From Phoronis australis (Eukaryota; Animalia; Phoronida): 64,000 bases of DNA. Position numbers and translations under genes: made by a program. Of this stretch, positions 38,094-50,792 are shown piece after piece. A model generated the notes under the pieces. It saw only the letters and a list, made by a program, of their open reading frames with translations. It was not told where the DNA came from and did no database searches. Where the stretch lies: positions 307,442 through 371,441 of the forward strand of contig NMRA01000164.1 of the NCBI GenBank assembly GCA_002633005.1. Reading direction: 5' to 3'. How positions within the stretch are numbered: the first letter of the stretch is position 1; every line of letters starts with the position of its first letter.

Positions 38094-41000
38094 CTTTGAC
38101 ATGTATAGATCTCCAGGACAATCAAGAAAGTCATGGTTCCAAAGAACAAGGCACCCAGAACAGTTGTCATAACAGCTGCTCCAAGTTCAAGAGGTAGCTC
38201 ATAAATGTTTATGACATTTCAACATTCTACACAAACATCAAAATCTGATAAGGTTTGCCTACCCATTATTTAATAACTACCTATTCATTTCAAGTATTTC
38301 GTGTTGTCTGTGCCAAATGACTGAGCAGGGACAGTTCTCGCTATACATAACAGTGAGATAAGGTTTTAGAACAATTCTTACACCATACCAGACTCTTCAT
38401 CAACAGACTTTCACCATCAAAAATTATTTAATCAGCCCGGAATTAATATACTTTGAAAAGGTGAATTATTGGAGAACAAACAATGAACGGTGTAAAGTGA
38501 TAGTCACAAAGAAAAAGCAAGCACCCATCTGCAACATTTACTTCGTAGTACAATTAGTCAACCATGGCACACTGCTATGAACCAGCACAGTAGTGCTTAA
38601 GGGAAGACCATAAAAACACACCTGAGATAACCCCAGACACAGCACAAGACTTTCCACCACAGACGCCCTGCTTTGTCACTATCTACTCCTAAGAATGCCA
38701 GAACATTTCGCAATGGATGCAACAGTGAAACACCCAGGATTGCACTATGCATCAAAAGAGCGCCTTTTTAGAACAACCACAATGTTTGTCTTCCCAAGTC
38801 AGCTATTGATACAGAAGTTTCTACTTGCGCTTAATTACCTGCCAATGTTTCATACTCTGCTAGTAATCAGAGACAGGCATCGCCCGGGACAAGGCCGCAA
38901 GTCGCTGTTATTAAGTTTTCTCTTGGTAGTATTTTCGTTTTTTCACCTACCCATGGCACTCCTACGGATAGATGAGGTTGGTTTAATGGCCTCAGGGTTG
39001 TCTGAGCGCAGGACATGTGACCAGGAAAAAATGTTCCGCTTGCTAGTAATTACACCAGGGGCAATAACAGCACGGAAATTATATTAAACAAACAGCTATC
39101 TTGACTGGCATTCTGTGCCATGCAGATTACAGTTTGAAAAAGCTAATTAACTCTGCTGCCAAATTATGCTTAATTTTCAGTCTCATGCCAAGCGCCAGCT
39201 TGTAATTAGTTTTATAATCACGACACAAACTCGAAAAGTTCACCGGCTCAAAACGAACCAAGTCATTATGCGATGTCATACAATCACCAAATCATTAAGG
39301 CTGATAGCTAGAGTATACAATGAAGTCGTTATATTTAATTCGCTGATTGTATAAAAAAAAACTTGCCTCAGTCCCAGCTCACACAACACATTCCAGCACT
39401 GAACACACAGGAATGCCAGCCTTCATTTGTGCACACCCATCTAGCCCGATTATGACTTAAAAACTGAGTCAAATTAATTCCCTTTCCGCTCGAAAATTAA
39501 ATTACCTTGGCAGGGCTTTCAAATTACCAAACCTGTTTAAGAGCTGGACAAAGTCGGAGAACAAACAGTCCCTAAGCCTATTAGTTGGTGAGCCCTGTGG
39601 TGTTTTGTCCTAGACTATTCACACAGCCACTGAAATGGTTTCCAGAATTAATTAAAAGACATTTAACGAGAGAGGACCTCACCAGAATGGCCAACCAACA
39701 ATGGGCTAGAGGGTTTGACATTTAATTCACTGCGGGCTGTTACCTGCATAGTTGCCCTCTGACGTCAGATCAACCTTGTTAATTGAAATCTTAGGCTTTC
39801 TCATTATGACTCAGGGATGAACCAAGGCTTGATTACCGACGCCTGAATACCTTCATTGTTCCACCTCAGAAAACTTTGATTGGACGCAGACAAAAAAAAT
39901 GCCTCACTGATTCCCTGCTTTACAAACAAGTTGTTTTTAAAAGGCCACTGCTGCCTTTGTTCGGCCAAATGGCCGTATCGTATCGAGACAGTTATTCACA
40001 AGCTCCTCAATTATTATTACGTACTGTGTGTCATTAAATTGATGGGAGAGCAACACGGGTTATTATCTTTAAGATTTCTAGGTGTGTACTTGAACAGCAC
40101 AGGTAAGACGGTATTAACCCAGAGGATGGGAGCTCCAGCACTTGAGAGGCACTTTGGTACAGGCACAGTGGAGTAGCAGATTACACAGATGACAATATCA
40201 CGGGACCTGAATGTTTTCTGACCACCTGAACAATGCAACGCTGATTACTTCAGGAAACACAGATGAACTTCCTGGTTGTCAGTGGCATTTTGTTAAATAG
40301 AAAAGGACATGATTAAAAATGCATGTCCAGAAAATAGATGTATACCTAGCTTTGCCGTCTTTTGTGTAAAAACTTACAGAAGCCACGCAACCATCTCATT
40401 TGATTTTCACTGCTAAAAACAAGCACTTTTAAATAAGACCACTCATTGCTATTAAATTGGTTAAAGGTTATACCTCATTCACATTATAAGAGATGTTTGA
40501 GATTGAAAAGAATTAAACAAATCTTTGGGCAAAACAAAAAGCTGGAATAGACGATCTCATTATCTAATGTCTCAAAACAAATGTGTCTGAAAATAGCTGT
40601 CTCCATGACAACACTCAAGAACGGAGTTCCTGGTTGGTACAACCAAAACTGGCAGCGACGATTTTTGTTCAGAAACTGTAATTAAAACAAAAGTGAAAAC
40701 AAATCGAGAGAGACTTTAAGTCATGTTGTTGCTGAACTTCCTTGGGTCACAAATTCCATCATGATGTTGAAAAATGACAAATCTGGGGCGAATGCGCAAC
40801 AGTATTGGCGAGTGATGAACCCTATAGGGCAGTATTGACACAAGGAAGGAAGAAGGGAATAGTCAGATAGTAAATTGAAGAAACTCATAGATCTATAACA
40901 ATCCCCTGCCCACATGTTTACTTATAAGTCCTTCACTACAATAGACATTAAGTTATGCAAGAGGGGAGCCTGGTGCACACAGGGGAAGTGCATTCCTTTG

Positions 41001-44000
41001 AATGCCTTCAAAGGACTTTTCACAGTGCTATTATTCTAGGGCTCTGCCAGATTACATGTAAAAATAATAGCAGGCCCAGCTTAAAAGTGGTTCCAAACTG
41101 TCTGGAATTTCAATTAACAAATTCAATGGGTTGCTTGGCATAGAATGAGTTTCACTCATGGGCTCTTCAACTGACTAATCAGGATGGCCAATCTTTTGAA
41201 TTTGGTCTTACTCTAAATAATCTCCCATTCAATACTGGAATCCTCTAAACTCCCTATTTAATAAAAACCAATTTGGGTGGTCTGCGCCTGCTAAAAAGTA
41301 TCACCGAACACTAAAAAATGCTCCCTAATTAGAATTCTAATGGTGCACCAGAACTATGTAACATAAGACTAATTCAACAAGACGAGATGGCCCGTAATCC
41401 CCAAGGCTCACAGCTCTTGAAATTTTGAGTGAACTATGATCGTGAAGAATAATTAATTTGACGAAATTATAAGTTCTAATCTCAGTTATCATTGATTTAC
41501 AAGTTGTTGACGTCACTCATTACTCTGAATGTCAATAGCAACCAACCAGATAAAGCCCAGACTAATTGTTAATAAGCCCAATCTACCTTCCCATAAAGAC
41601 TAGTTATTAGATTGCTAACGAAGACGGGCTAATTAATCTCCGTCGTGCTGATTACTGGTTAGCCGACGATACAGGTCGTTGATTCGCCGATGGTTAGTCG
41701 ACAGGAAATAAGAAGAACGTGGCGCAATTAGTGATGAGGCTACTACAACTATTAAATGATAATTACCATTAATGAGAAAAAGCAAGATGAAAATAGTTAA
41801 TTAGGATGAGCCAAAAGCGACTACTATTGATCCACTACAGGTTTGCTAAGCCGAACATTTCAACGGGAACAGAATGAAATCGAGTCCGTCTATCATTCTC
41901 ACAACCAGATGTCAAATACAATGACTAAGAAGTAGAAAAATTTACTAAATTTGATGACAAGAAACAAGACAAAATTTAATACTAGTTGTCTAAGAGGAAG
42001 TTCAAGTAACACTCGTTTGATAGTCAATTGTCTACCAACCAATTCAACCTCTACAGTGTTTATGATCCTTAACTATTCCAATGCCAAACACTCCTTCAGC
42101 AAAAACGCCAAAAATTTCCACAAGAAACCATGGGTAAACACAAGGTGCCAATTACCTCAGCCTATACCCATGTGCAACGCAACGTACATGAAGCAGAAAA
42201 AGAATCCAAGAGTAAATATTAATAATTAATCAAGACAAATATGTTTGACCTAGGTAAAGGAAAGACACAGACCAGATAGGACGCTGATGAAGAACCACCT
42301 GTGAATCAGAGCCAAGTTCACCTGGCTACCTTTGACAAACACCACAACTCGATAACACATTCCATCACAGACTAATAAAGATAACGACAAAGATTTCTAA
42401 TTACCATCCAAACACCGATTTGTCCAGGTATAACAGTCTTCTCTGTATCACAAGTCAGTCATAGTTGCCCACAGTCTGCAACCACTGTGTCAGCCAGCCA
42501 GACTAACACCAGTGTAACAGGTTTAAGATAGGCACATGACAAAGCAATTAAGACACTGTTGACAATTTGGGTCATGCAAGCTAGTTTTAATGCTTCTCTG
42601 CTCTAATTATACACCCCATACACACTCATAATAAATGGCTGGTTGCCTTTGTGTGAATAGGCCTGCTGACAAATATTAGCTGAGGCTGCCCCAGGTAAGT
42701 CTGCCTGCTAAAACAGAGCAATTGGTCCAGGACAGACTGAAAATGGGACTACATTGAATTAAATAAAAACTGCAATGATTCTTATTAATTGGAATTTCCA
42801 ATAGAATTTTTTGACAACTGTAGAGGGCTTAAAAGTTATTTTTGACATCAAGGGCTTACTGACAAGGTGAAATGCTTATGGAATGAAGGTAAAACAACAA
42901 TCTCATTTTTGTTGTGAAGTTGTGTATTCTTAACTAAACAGTACTAAAGAGCTACATTTGAAAGAGTTGCAAGAAAATGTTCTCACTTTTATCAACATGA
43001 GGCTTTTCAGGAAACCAATAATGAAGATTCCACAATAGCAATTAGGAGACGCAAAATCATCAGAATATCAATTAATATCCAAAACAACTAAAAACCGAAG
43101 TATAAAATTTCACCCCCTCACGTATTTTCACACGATACCTGAATTAAAACAACATAGCACAAAGTCATGTCTCTACCCTATGAAGAGGTCCCACACAGTG
43201 AAGCTAACATGATGTGAGATAAGGGACCAGATACAACAGAAAGTATTAACTAACCAGTTGACCAATATATGATCATTTTCTCTGATCACTGTCCCACAAA
43301 CCACAAGTTCACCACAAACATCACTTATTTCAGCACAGCCAACAACAGATCAAAGTGAAAGGACTCACTGGGGTTATTACTAACTGGACAGGAAAATCTG
43401 AAGTTAGTCAGATAATAAATTGGTCACCATGGATACAGTGTCATTGCTCTCCTTTGGCAGTCCCAGAAGTCCACAATTCAGACAAGTGGAGACCTCTACA
43501 GAGTGATGCTGTCTGAAGCCATGTGGAAAGTCTAGTGCGTGCTATCATGGTTCAATGGAATCTAGATGAAAAAATTCCCTTACCCAGCGAGGAAGATAAA
43601 AAGTGGCTAAAAACAAGCCTTTCATGTAAAACACAAGTTTTGATTTACACCAACTATCACTAGTTATTTGGTCTCAAATTATTCCTCAGACAAAATAGAC
43701 GTGATTTCTGGGTTAGAGATGAACTGACAAGTTTGCTATTGGTAGAGACCAAGCTGGACAAGTTGACTTGTGTTATTTCATGCACCGGGCATGGTCTCAA
43801 GGAATAACCAATTACATGTTCTTCGCAGCCCTACAATCACTTCTCATGTGAGTAATGAAAAAGCCAAGACCAATTTTGTAGCAGTAAGTGTTCAAAATCA
43901 AATGTTAGTTTCTTCCACGAAACGCAGGTTTATAGGTCCTTTAAAATCCTGAACAAACTACACTGTCTGTAGCCTCAAATTTATCAGATTTCTGTCCTGT

Positions 44001-46150
44001 ACTTGTAATCTTGGTCTCTAATTACTTTAAGTCTGCTGGGTCAACAATCACCATGCTATTAGTCCAAACCATGTTAATTGAACTTTGGGATAGAAATTAT
44101 CGGGAACATAAATTTTGCAAATAAAAGCAGCCCATCTGATGGAGTCTCAGATATTGGCATGTGGTTAGTCAAGGGGAAAAGATGACTTGACACCAAAATA
44201 GCTTGTATTACTACAAAAATATTAAATAATCCATAATGAAAAAATGTCCAGACATAGTGAATGATCGTTTTTTTAACCTGAAGCAAAACATACCAATAGT
44301 TTTTGGGCCTAATTAGATTTCAATAAAAACTGAAAGTGCGCAAAGTATGTTTATTGCTTTGTTACCGATATCAAATTAATAATTGCCAATCCTTAAATGA
44401 GATCTTGTTTTCAATTCAAAATATTTCAGAGGTGCGACATTGTCTGGAGACCACCTGTTGCCTTTTTAATATTCTTAATTAATTCAAAATTCCAACAAAA
44501 GCAATTTCATGAAATCTCAAACCTGATGAAAAGACAGGGTCCTCTGACAGTCTGTGCAAGTTCTATGGAGAAAGCTTTAAACATGTTTTCTATAATTGTC
44601 GTCTGCTAATTGTTAATATGGATTTTGTTAATTACGCCCATCTGTTGACTCAAGCCTGAGACCGAATGAAAAACGGAAACAGCATTATTGGAAAAACGAC
44701 GCGCTAATTAATGAGGGAGGCTAGAACGTAGAAATTTTCTGATCATTATTGATACGTTAAATAGGCTTGCAACAGCAAGGGTTTCAAGTCAGGATGGCAC
44801 AGCTAATTAACATAACGCTTCAACTGTTTTGAATTTTGCAGTAAAGAATAGCAATCAATAGACCATTTCTAATAGGGAGATGGGTAGCCATGGCTAAGGA
44901 AATACACGCAGACTTTATGTATCGCACTATCTACCGTACTCTGAAATGACACGGACTGAAAGTGACCCAAGACAGGGGAAGGGGATGGAAAGAAAAATTG
45001 ATAACTCATGTTACGAAAAGCAGATAGGTAAAGGAATGAGCAATAATTTATGGTCAAAGATGATCATTAATACAGACAAAGCCTGCGCATATGTAATAAG
45101 GTATTTGATTCAAACGGAAAACTATGTTAAGTATCACATATGTGAAAACTTGATTTTCAAATCCATTCTTACTGCGCAATTTAAGTAAAACGAGTCATGC
45201 AGGATACTTAGTTAGTGCAAACATGTCACAACATATTAACAAACTTCGAGTGGTGTGGATTTAGGGCATGCCTCACAAAAAGACGGATTAAACACGGGTC
45301 GGGGCTCTAAACTGTACACTAGCCATGAGCAGCACAATTAAAACCGACTTGAATATCGCGGAGTAAACACAGACCCCAATGTCAATATGCCAAAACTATA
45401 GGCCGCATTTATGCACAAGCTCTGGATCAATAGACCAGCAGTCGAGATTTTTCTTTAATTGTTAATTCTGTTAGTTTTAACCGCGGTAATAGCTCCCATT
45501 TGATCAGGTGCTTGTGAGGTGTTAAAAATGATTACTGTTCGGTATTTAAAGAAGGCAGTGTAATAAATGATTGTCCACGCAAATTAAGCACACAACTTTT
45601 TAAACTAATAAACTGCCCAACAATGGCCATTCAGAATGGTGGTGTAAGATGTGGTTTTAATTGGGCGAGCTCTTAGTGTGGGAACAAACTGGTGGAAAAG
45701 GCACCCACAAACAAAACCTGTTAAATCAACAAGCAGGTTCGGATGGTTAACGTGCACTGCACTATATCACTCCAATATATTCATGACCTAATAGTTCTTG
45801 GTTTGACTATGCTTCTAATGGAATGAAGCATACCTGCCATTAATATTACGTTTTAGACATAGTTTAATGAGGAATAATACTACGGATGAAATTTGAAACT
45901 AATACTGGAAATAAAAGTTACTAAAGTTAGCGACGTTACGTCCGTCTCTCACGGACTTCAGCTTGGCTATTGATGTTCTTACTACTCTGGCTGATAGGTG
46001 GCGTTTTAGCCAGACGGCGTGGCATTGAGGTCAGGACACTATCTCACACATGTGACAGATGATAATACTAGGAACGCAAATATATTCAAAGTTGGACTGT
46101 ATACCATTCTGTAACTGTGAATTTATTTCCATGTGTCATATTATTCCTCA

Positions 46151-46936
46151 CAGGGCTCGACATAACGAGCTGCAGGTCGCATTTGCGACCTGAAATTTGG
46201 AAATGCGAGCTGAGATTTTCGCCAGCTCGTATAAAGTTGCCAAATGCGAACTGGAGTTTCCAACATACGTGAGCTGAGTTTTACACTTCTCAGCAGTTAC
46301 CTGTCAAATATAAAGCATCTTGTGTGAATCCGACCGTAACTTGGTTGTTGCTAAATCAAGTTCAAAAGAATACTAACTGAGAGCAGCCCTCCCGATGACT
46401 TGTGAGCATGTCGCGTGAACATGGGAAAATGCAAACCTATTTCATTGGCTAACATTTTCTGCTACAGGATGTTTTCCAAACGTTATATAAGTTGCAAAGT
46501 TTGGGCTGTGAACAAAAAATGAAAGGATTTGCACTCGGAGTTAATTTGAATCTTTAACTATTTTGATGACAGTCATATAGCAGGTCAGACACAACAAAAT
46601 CGCGAATACTTTTTCAAGGAATATTTTCGCCATTTTTACATTGCAAGCTTAGGTACTCGAATGCACATGTCAGTTAGAGAACACAGCTTCAACTTTCACG
46701 TTGCCAACTAGCCTTGCGCTCTAGAGCCTTTCAATGGAGGTAAAGAAGAACAGTAATGCCATATCTGAACGCAAGAACTCAATTTTGCGCAGGTAAAACC
46801 ATAATATAAACATAAAAATGGCGGAAAATTTTGTGACCTGGCATTTATGAATGCGAGCTGGATTTTGAAAATGCGACCTGGGATTTTGGCTAAGTCGCAA
46901 AATGCAACATGGTAATTTTCATGCCGTCGAGCCCAG
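46151..46936. mobile_element. 786-bp non-autonomous hAT-like DNA transposon with 5-bp TSD
   Basis: TIRs CAGGGCTCGAC and GTCGAGCCCAG. CCTCA is duplicated at 46146-46150 and 46937-46941. Subterminal TGCGA(G/C/A)CTG repeats at both ends. Confidence 0.8.
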
Positions 46937-47371
46937 CCTCATACCCTTGTCATTGATAACACCCAAAGTGAAAAACATCAGAATTCCAATAAATAATTGA
47001 AAAAACAAGTATGTTCCTGCAGCAGAAGATTAGGGTAAACGCTCTCCAATTCCAAACATTCTCAATTCTCTCAACATACGTATTTATGCGAAAACAAAAA
47101 TTTGAACTTTAAAATAGCTCATCTTTTGCATCATTGTCAAGATCATGATGAAGTCAATGCCAACCGCTGTAATCAATGCTCTTTAATTAACGGCAAGTCA
47201 TTAAGAGTGCAAAATCAAACTGTTTAGATTGATTTTTCTGTTACAATTTCAGCATAATGACACTCAAGAGCAAAGACTGTCTCGCAGCTACCGTAGGTCA
47301 AAAGCCTATATAGCTTGGGAACTAAAATGGTTTTGACGTCGAGATTAATGCAAAAGATGTTGCATTCTGTC

Positions 47372-47733
47372 ACGGTAAAAAATCTCTAGTATATGACAGT
47401 CTCAACAATTTGAGACGCTGAAATTCAACTGAATTTTCTTGATTCTGAACAAATTGGTGCTCAACATATTTCTTAAATAACAGACACTACATTTTGTATC
47501 AACAGCCTGATAATAACACACTTGTCAGTTATCAAAAAGTTGAAAATAGCAACCGATGCAACATTTTCATAGTCCCCATAACGTGTTATACCAAGGTGAA
47601 TGACCGTTTGTTGTTGATTTGAATTGTTTTTGGGACAGCTAATATTGCCTACTTGCAAAAATTTGGTGCAAGCTCCAACCTTGAGAAAAGCAATTAATTT
47701 TCACTGTCCCCAAACTGGAAAACTTGCCATAGT
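47372..47733 (+). mobile_element. Tc1/mariner-like MITE (copies also at 50461-50792 and partial ~61730-61864)
   Basis: Left end CGGTAAAAA.TCTCTAGT and right end CTGTCCC.AAACTGGA..., with a shared internal AAATTTGGT.CAAGCT. Confidence 0.55.
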
Positions 47734-48316
47734 TAAAATTTTGCATGTAATAGATGTAAATAAAAGAATACTTTTGTTGTGCAATAATCTGTATTTGTTG
47801 CTGTTAAAACCAAGAAGAAATTGCGCCACGGGCAACAAACACAACATTGTCATTAGTCAAGAAAATCATCATCAGCTGTGCTCTTTTAACGCCTTGGGCA
47901 CTTAAATTAGGAAACCCTGAAACAGGAGGTGGGCAACTACCTAAGCAGTGGCTGTCTATGTCCAAATTTTTGCCGACCTGGTTAAGTGCACGGTGTGTTC
48001 ATTCGAGAACGGAAGTTGTAAGTTCGGTCAATCAGCTGAACCCAACAACCAAAAAGTTTCTCACAGCTCAAACAGAAACAGGATTTCGACTTTGAAAGTA
48101 TGATTTCGCGAGACCGTTGTTAAAAACTCAGATGTTTTCACATAAATTAGGGCGCCGCAAAATGTTACAATGCAGAACTTTATGAAACTCGAATAGCAGT
48201 CTACTCACTGTATCAGCAAGTACTGTTTCAGATCAGTGAACATGACTACATTTCGTTTCCTCGAATGATTCGTTCAAGGCCATACCTAAACTTTGCAATT
48301 GTAAAAAGGGGCGGCT

Positions 48317-48475
48317 GTGATTAATTGCTCAATTCAAACCTGGGTCGACCCCAGATATAAATCTAGCAAAATCACATGCTCCATGTGCAATCCCAATGAG
48401 AGGGGGGTGTGATTAATAACTGAATTCAAATCTGGGTTGACCCAGGAAATAAATCTGGCAAAATCACATGCTCCG
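48317..48475. repeat. Two-copy ~90-bp tandem repeat
   Basis: TGTGATTAAT...AATTCAAA.CTGGGT.GACCC...ATAAATCT.GCAAAATCACATGCTCC occurs twice. Confidence 0.8.
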
Positions 48476-48571
48476 CGCCTGCAACTTGTGAGCGTGAAAA
48501 ACTTCACAGTCCGATCGAGATCATTACTGAACGATGACTAATATCATAGTAAAAAAGTGCCAGTTCTGTAA

Positions 48572-48621
48572 TAATCTACGCAGTTGGCCTGTATTAATCT
48601 ACGCAGTTGGCCTGTATTAAT
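48572..48621. repeat. Exact 23-bp tandem duplication
   Basis: TAATCTACGCAGTTGGCCTGTAT x2. Confidence 0.9.
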
Positions 48622-49029
48622 TTAACAAAGGACCAGTTAATAAGTTTAAGAAAGTTAGTAGCAGCGCTTAAGTTATTCCACAAATGCTGGCTAAAAATGC
48701 ACTTTTCGAGACTACCGTACGTAAGCATGCCGTGTTTCCCACAAACACGGAAGTCCGAGCCCGAGGCAAAGCTGCGAAGAAAAGGACAAGATCAAACTCA
48801 AGTTCTGCTAGCAGTAAGTTGGGGATGGACGATGACCCAAGACGCTGAAATTTGAGCAAAGGGGGGGGGGGTTGGGCGATTACCCGAACAGAGGGCGCTT
48901 ACATCGAAATTTGGCAAAAGTCGGATGTGGGCAATTACAAAGGCGTGGGCGTTAACCCCCGAGTTTACAGTAATATGCCAGTCAATTTTCATTACAATCT
49001 TTAGACAGAGAGGGAGATGCCAAGTACAG

Positions 49030-49795
49030 ACTCAAAATGGCCACTAGGTCACACAGAATATGCCGAATCTGTCTAAAAATGAAATTATTTTATTGCCGTC
49101 TCAATAGAAACATATTAGCGAGATTTCATGAAAATCCATCAAGGAATTTTGAAGATACTAAGAAAAATGTAAAAAAATAAGTTGTCACAAGGGTGCACAG
49201 TGGTGGTGAGATCGGTCCAACAGTAGCCATCGTCCATTGTCACGTTCATAGAAAAACACTAGCTAAATTCTACAAAGATCCTGCAAGGAGCTTAGGAGAT
49301 ACAGCCTCGGACAGAAAAACAAAATTGCCACCAAGGAGAGCATGGAAGTTGGACCTGTCCAGAAATTATCTCCAGTCATGCTCTTCTCAGTAGGAACACG
49401 CTTGCCAATTTTCACGATTCTTTAAGGGCTTTTGCAGATAAAGAGGTGAACGCCAAAAACAGACTTGAAAATAGTAGAAATGACCATAAGGTGGCGCAGA
49501 ATATCCATCCAAAAACAAAACAACATTATAACCTCAGTAACCCATTTACCTGTGTTCAAAAATCGGTCAAGGAATAACGAAAATACAGAGGCAAATGTAA
49601 AAAACTTAAATTGCCAATAGAGGGCACAGTAGTCAGATCCATCCAGATTTGATCGTTATCTGTCATCACAGTTGTAGGTAGCCATTTGCCAAATTTCAAA
49701 AAATCCTGCAAATGGTTAAGTACATTAAGCCGCGAATACCAGACAGAGATGAGGGCAATATGCGATCACATACATATACATGGGCGCATAAAAAT
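49030..49795 (+). mobile_element. HINE/DINE-like element, second copy
   Basis: Same ~140-bp subunits (49124, 49268, 49410, 49555, 49694) and a terminal TATGCG...CGCATA hairpin at 49759-49790. Confidence 0.55.
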
Positions 49796-50460
49796 ACAAC
49801 ACGTTAATCATCAAATTTCCACCAATCTTTGTTAACAAAATCTCTGACTAACTGAGCAAGTCTATGAATTGTATTGTATCCAGGTGCCAGCGGGTCTCGC
49901 ATCAGGCACAATGGTTTGAATGTAACTTTCCTTATTTCATTATCTTGAAACGTGGAAAAATGGTTCCAGTTCATATCCCAAGTCAAATTTGCAGTGGAAA
50001 ATGGAACTTGCACTGATTTTCATTTGAATTAGCTAATGGGCAGACATTAATGTGACATCATTAGTAATATTTTGATTGACAGGACATGGGGAAAATTTGG
50101 TTCTTTCAGGGGACTAGTAATTATGAACGTGGCAGGCAGACACAAAAGGGTGGGGGTAAGAACACTACTACAGCACAGCTGACCAATCAAATGGATTTAC
50201 GACAATGTGAACAACAGGCAAGAATCAAACTACGAACCTGGAACTAAAGCTAGCGTCCATGTTTGACAGTGAGAGATCACTCCCTGGAACCATGCCCAAA
50301 ATTCCAGGTTTCAAAAAAATGAAACCATGGAAATTACGTTAAAAAACATGCTTCCAGATGCAAGACAGCAAACTGTAATGAAAAATTACAGGGACTAAAT
50401 AACTGTACACGGTTCTATAGCACTTCTGTAATAACTTCTAATTACTGCACCTGAACAACA

Positions 50461-50792
50461 CGGTAAAAATTCTCTAGTTTGGAACAGCCTCTGAAATCTC
50501 GAACACCTAAATTCAGGTGGAATTTGAATTTTCATGATTCCGAGGATTGGGACCAGGTGACTTTGGTGTACATCTTATTTCTCAACTATTAGACACAGCA
50601 TTAAGTATTAGGAGTCTGAAAATGGACTTCGCAATTCATAAAATCGTAAAAAATAGTCGCAGACGCAACATTTTCAGGCATCCTCATTTGTAATTGAACA
50701 TGATTCTTTAATTTGGAACAGCCCAATCCTAAAATTTGGTACAAGCTGTGCCCACCATAATTATCCACAGTCCCAAACAAGAAATTTCTACC
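50461..50792 (+). mobile_element. Tc1/mariner-like MITE
   Basis: TIRs CGGTAAAAATTCTCTAGTTTGGAAC and GTCCCAAACAAGAAATTTCTACCG, followed by TA. Confidence 0.6.
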
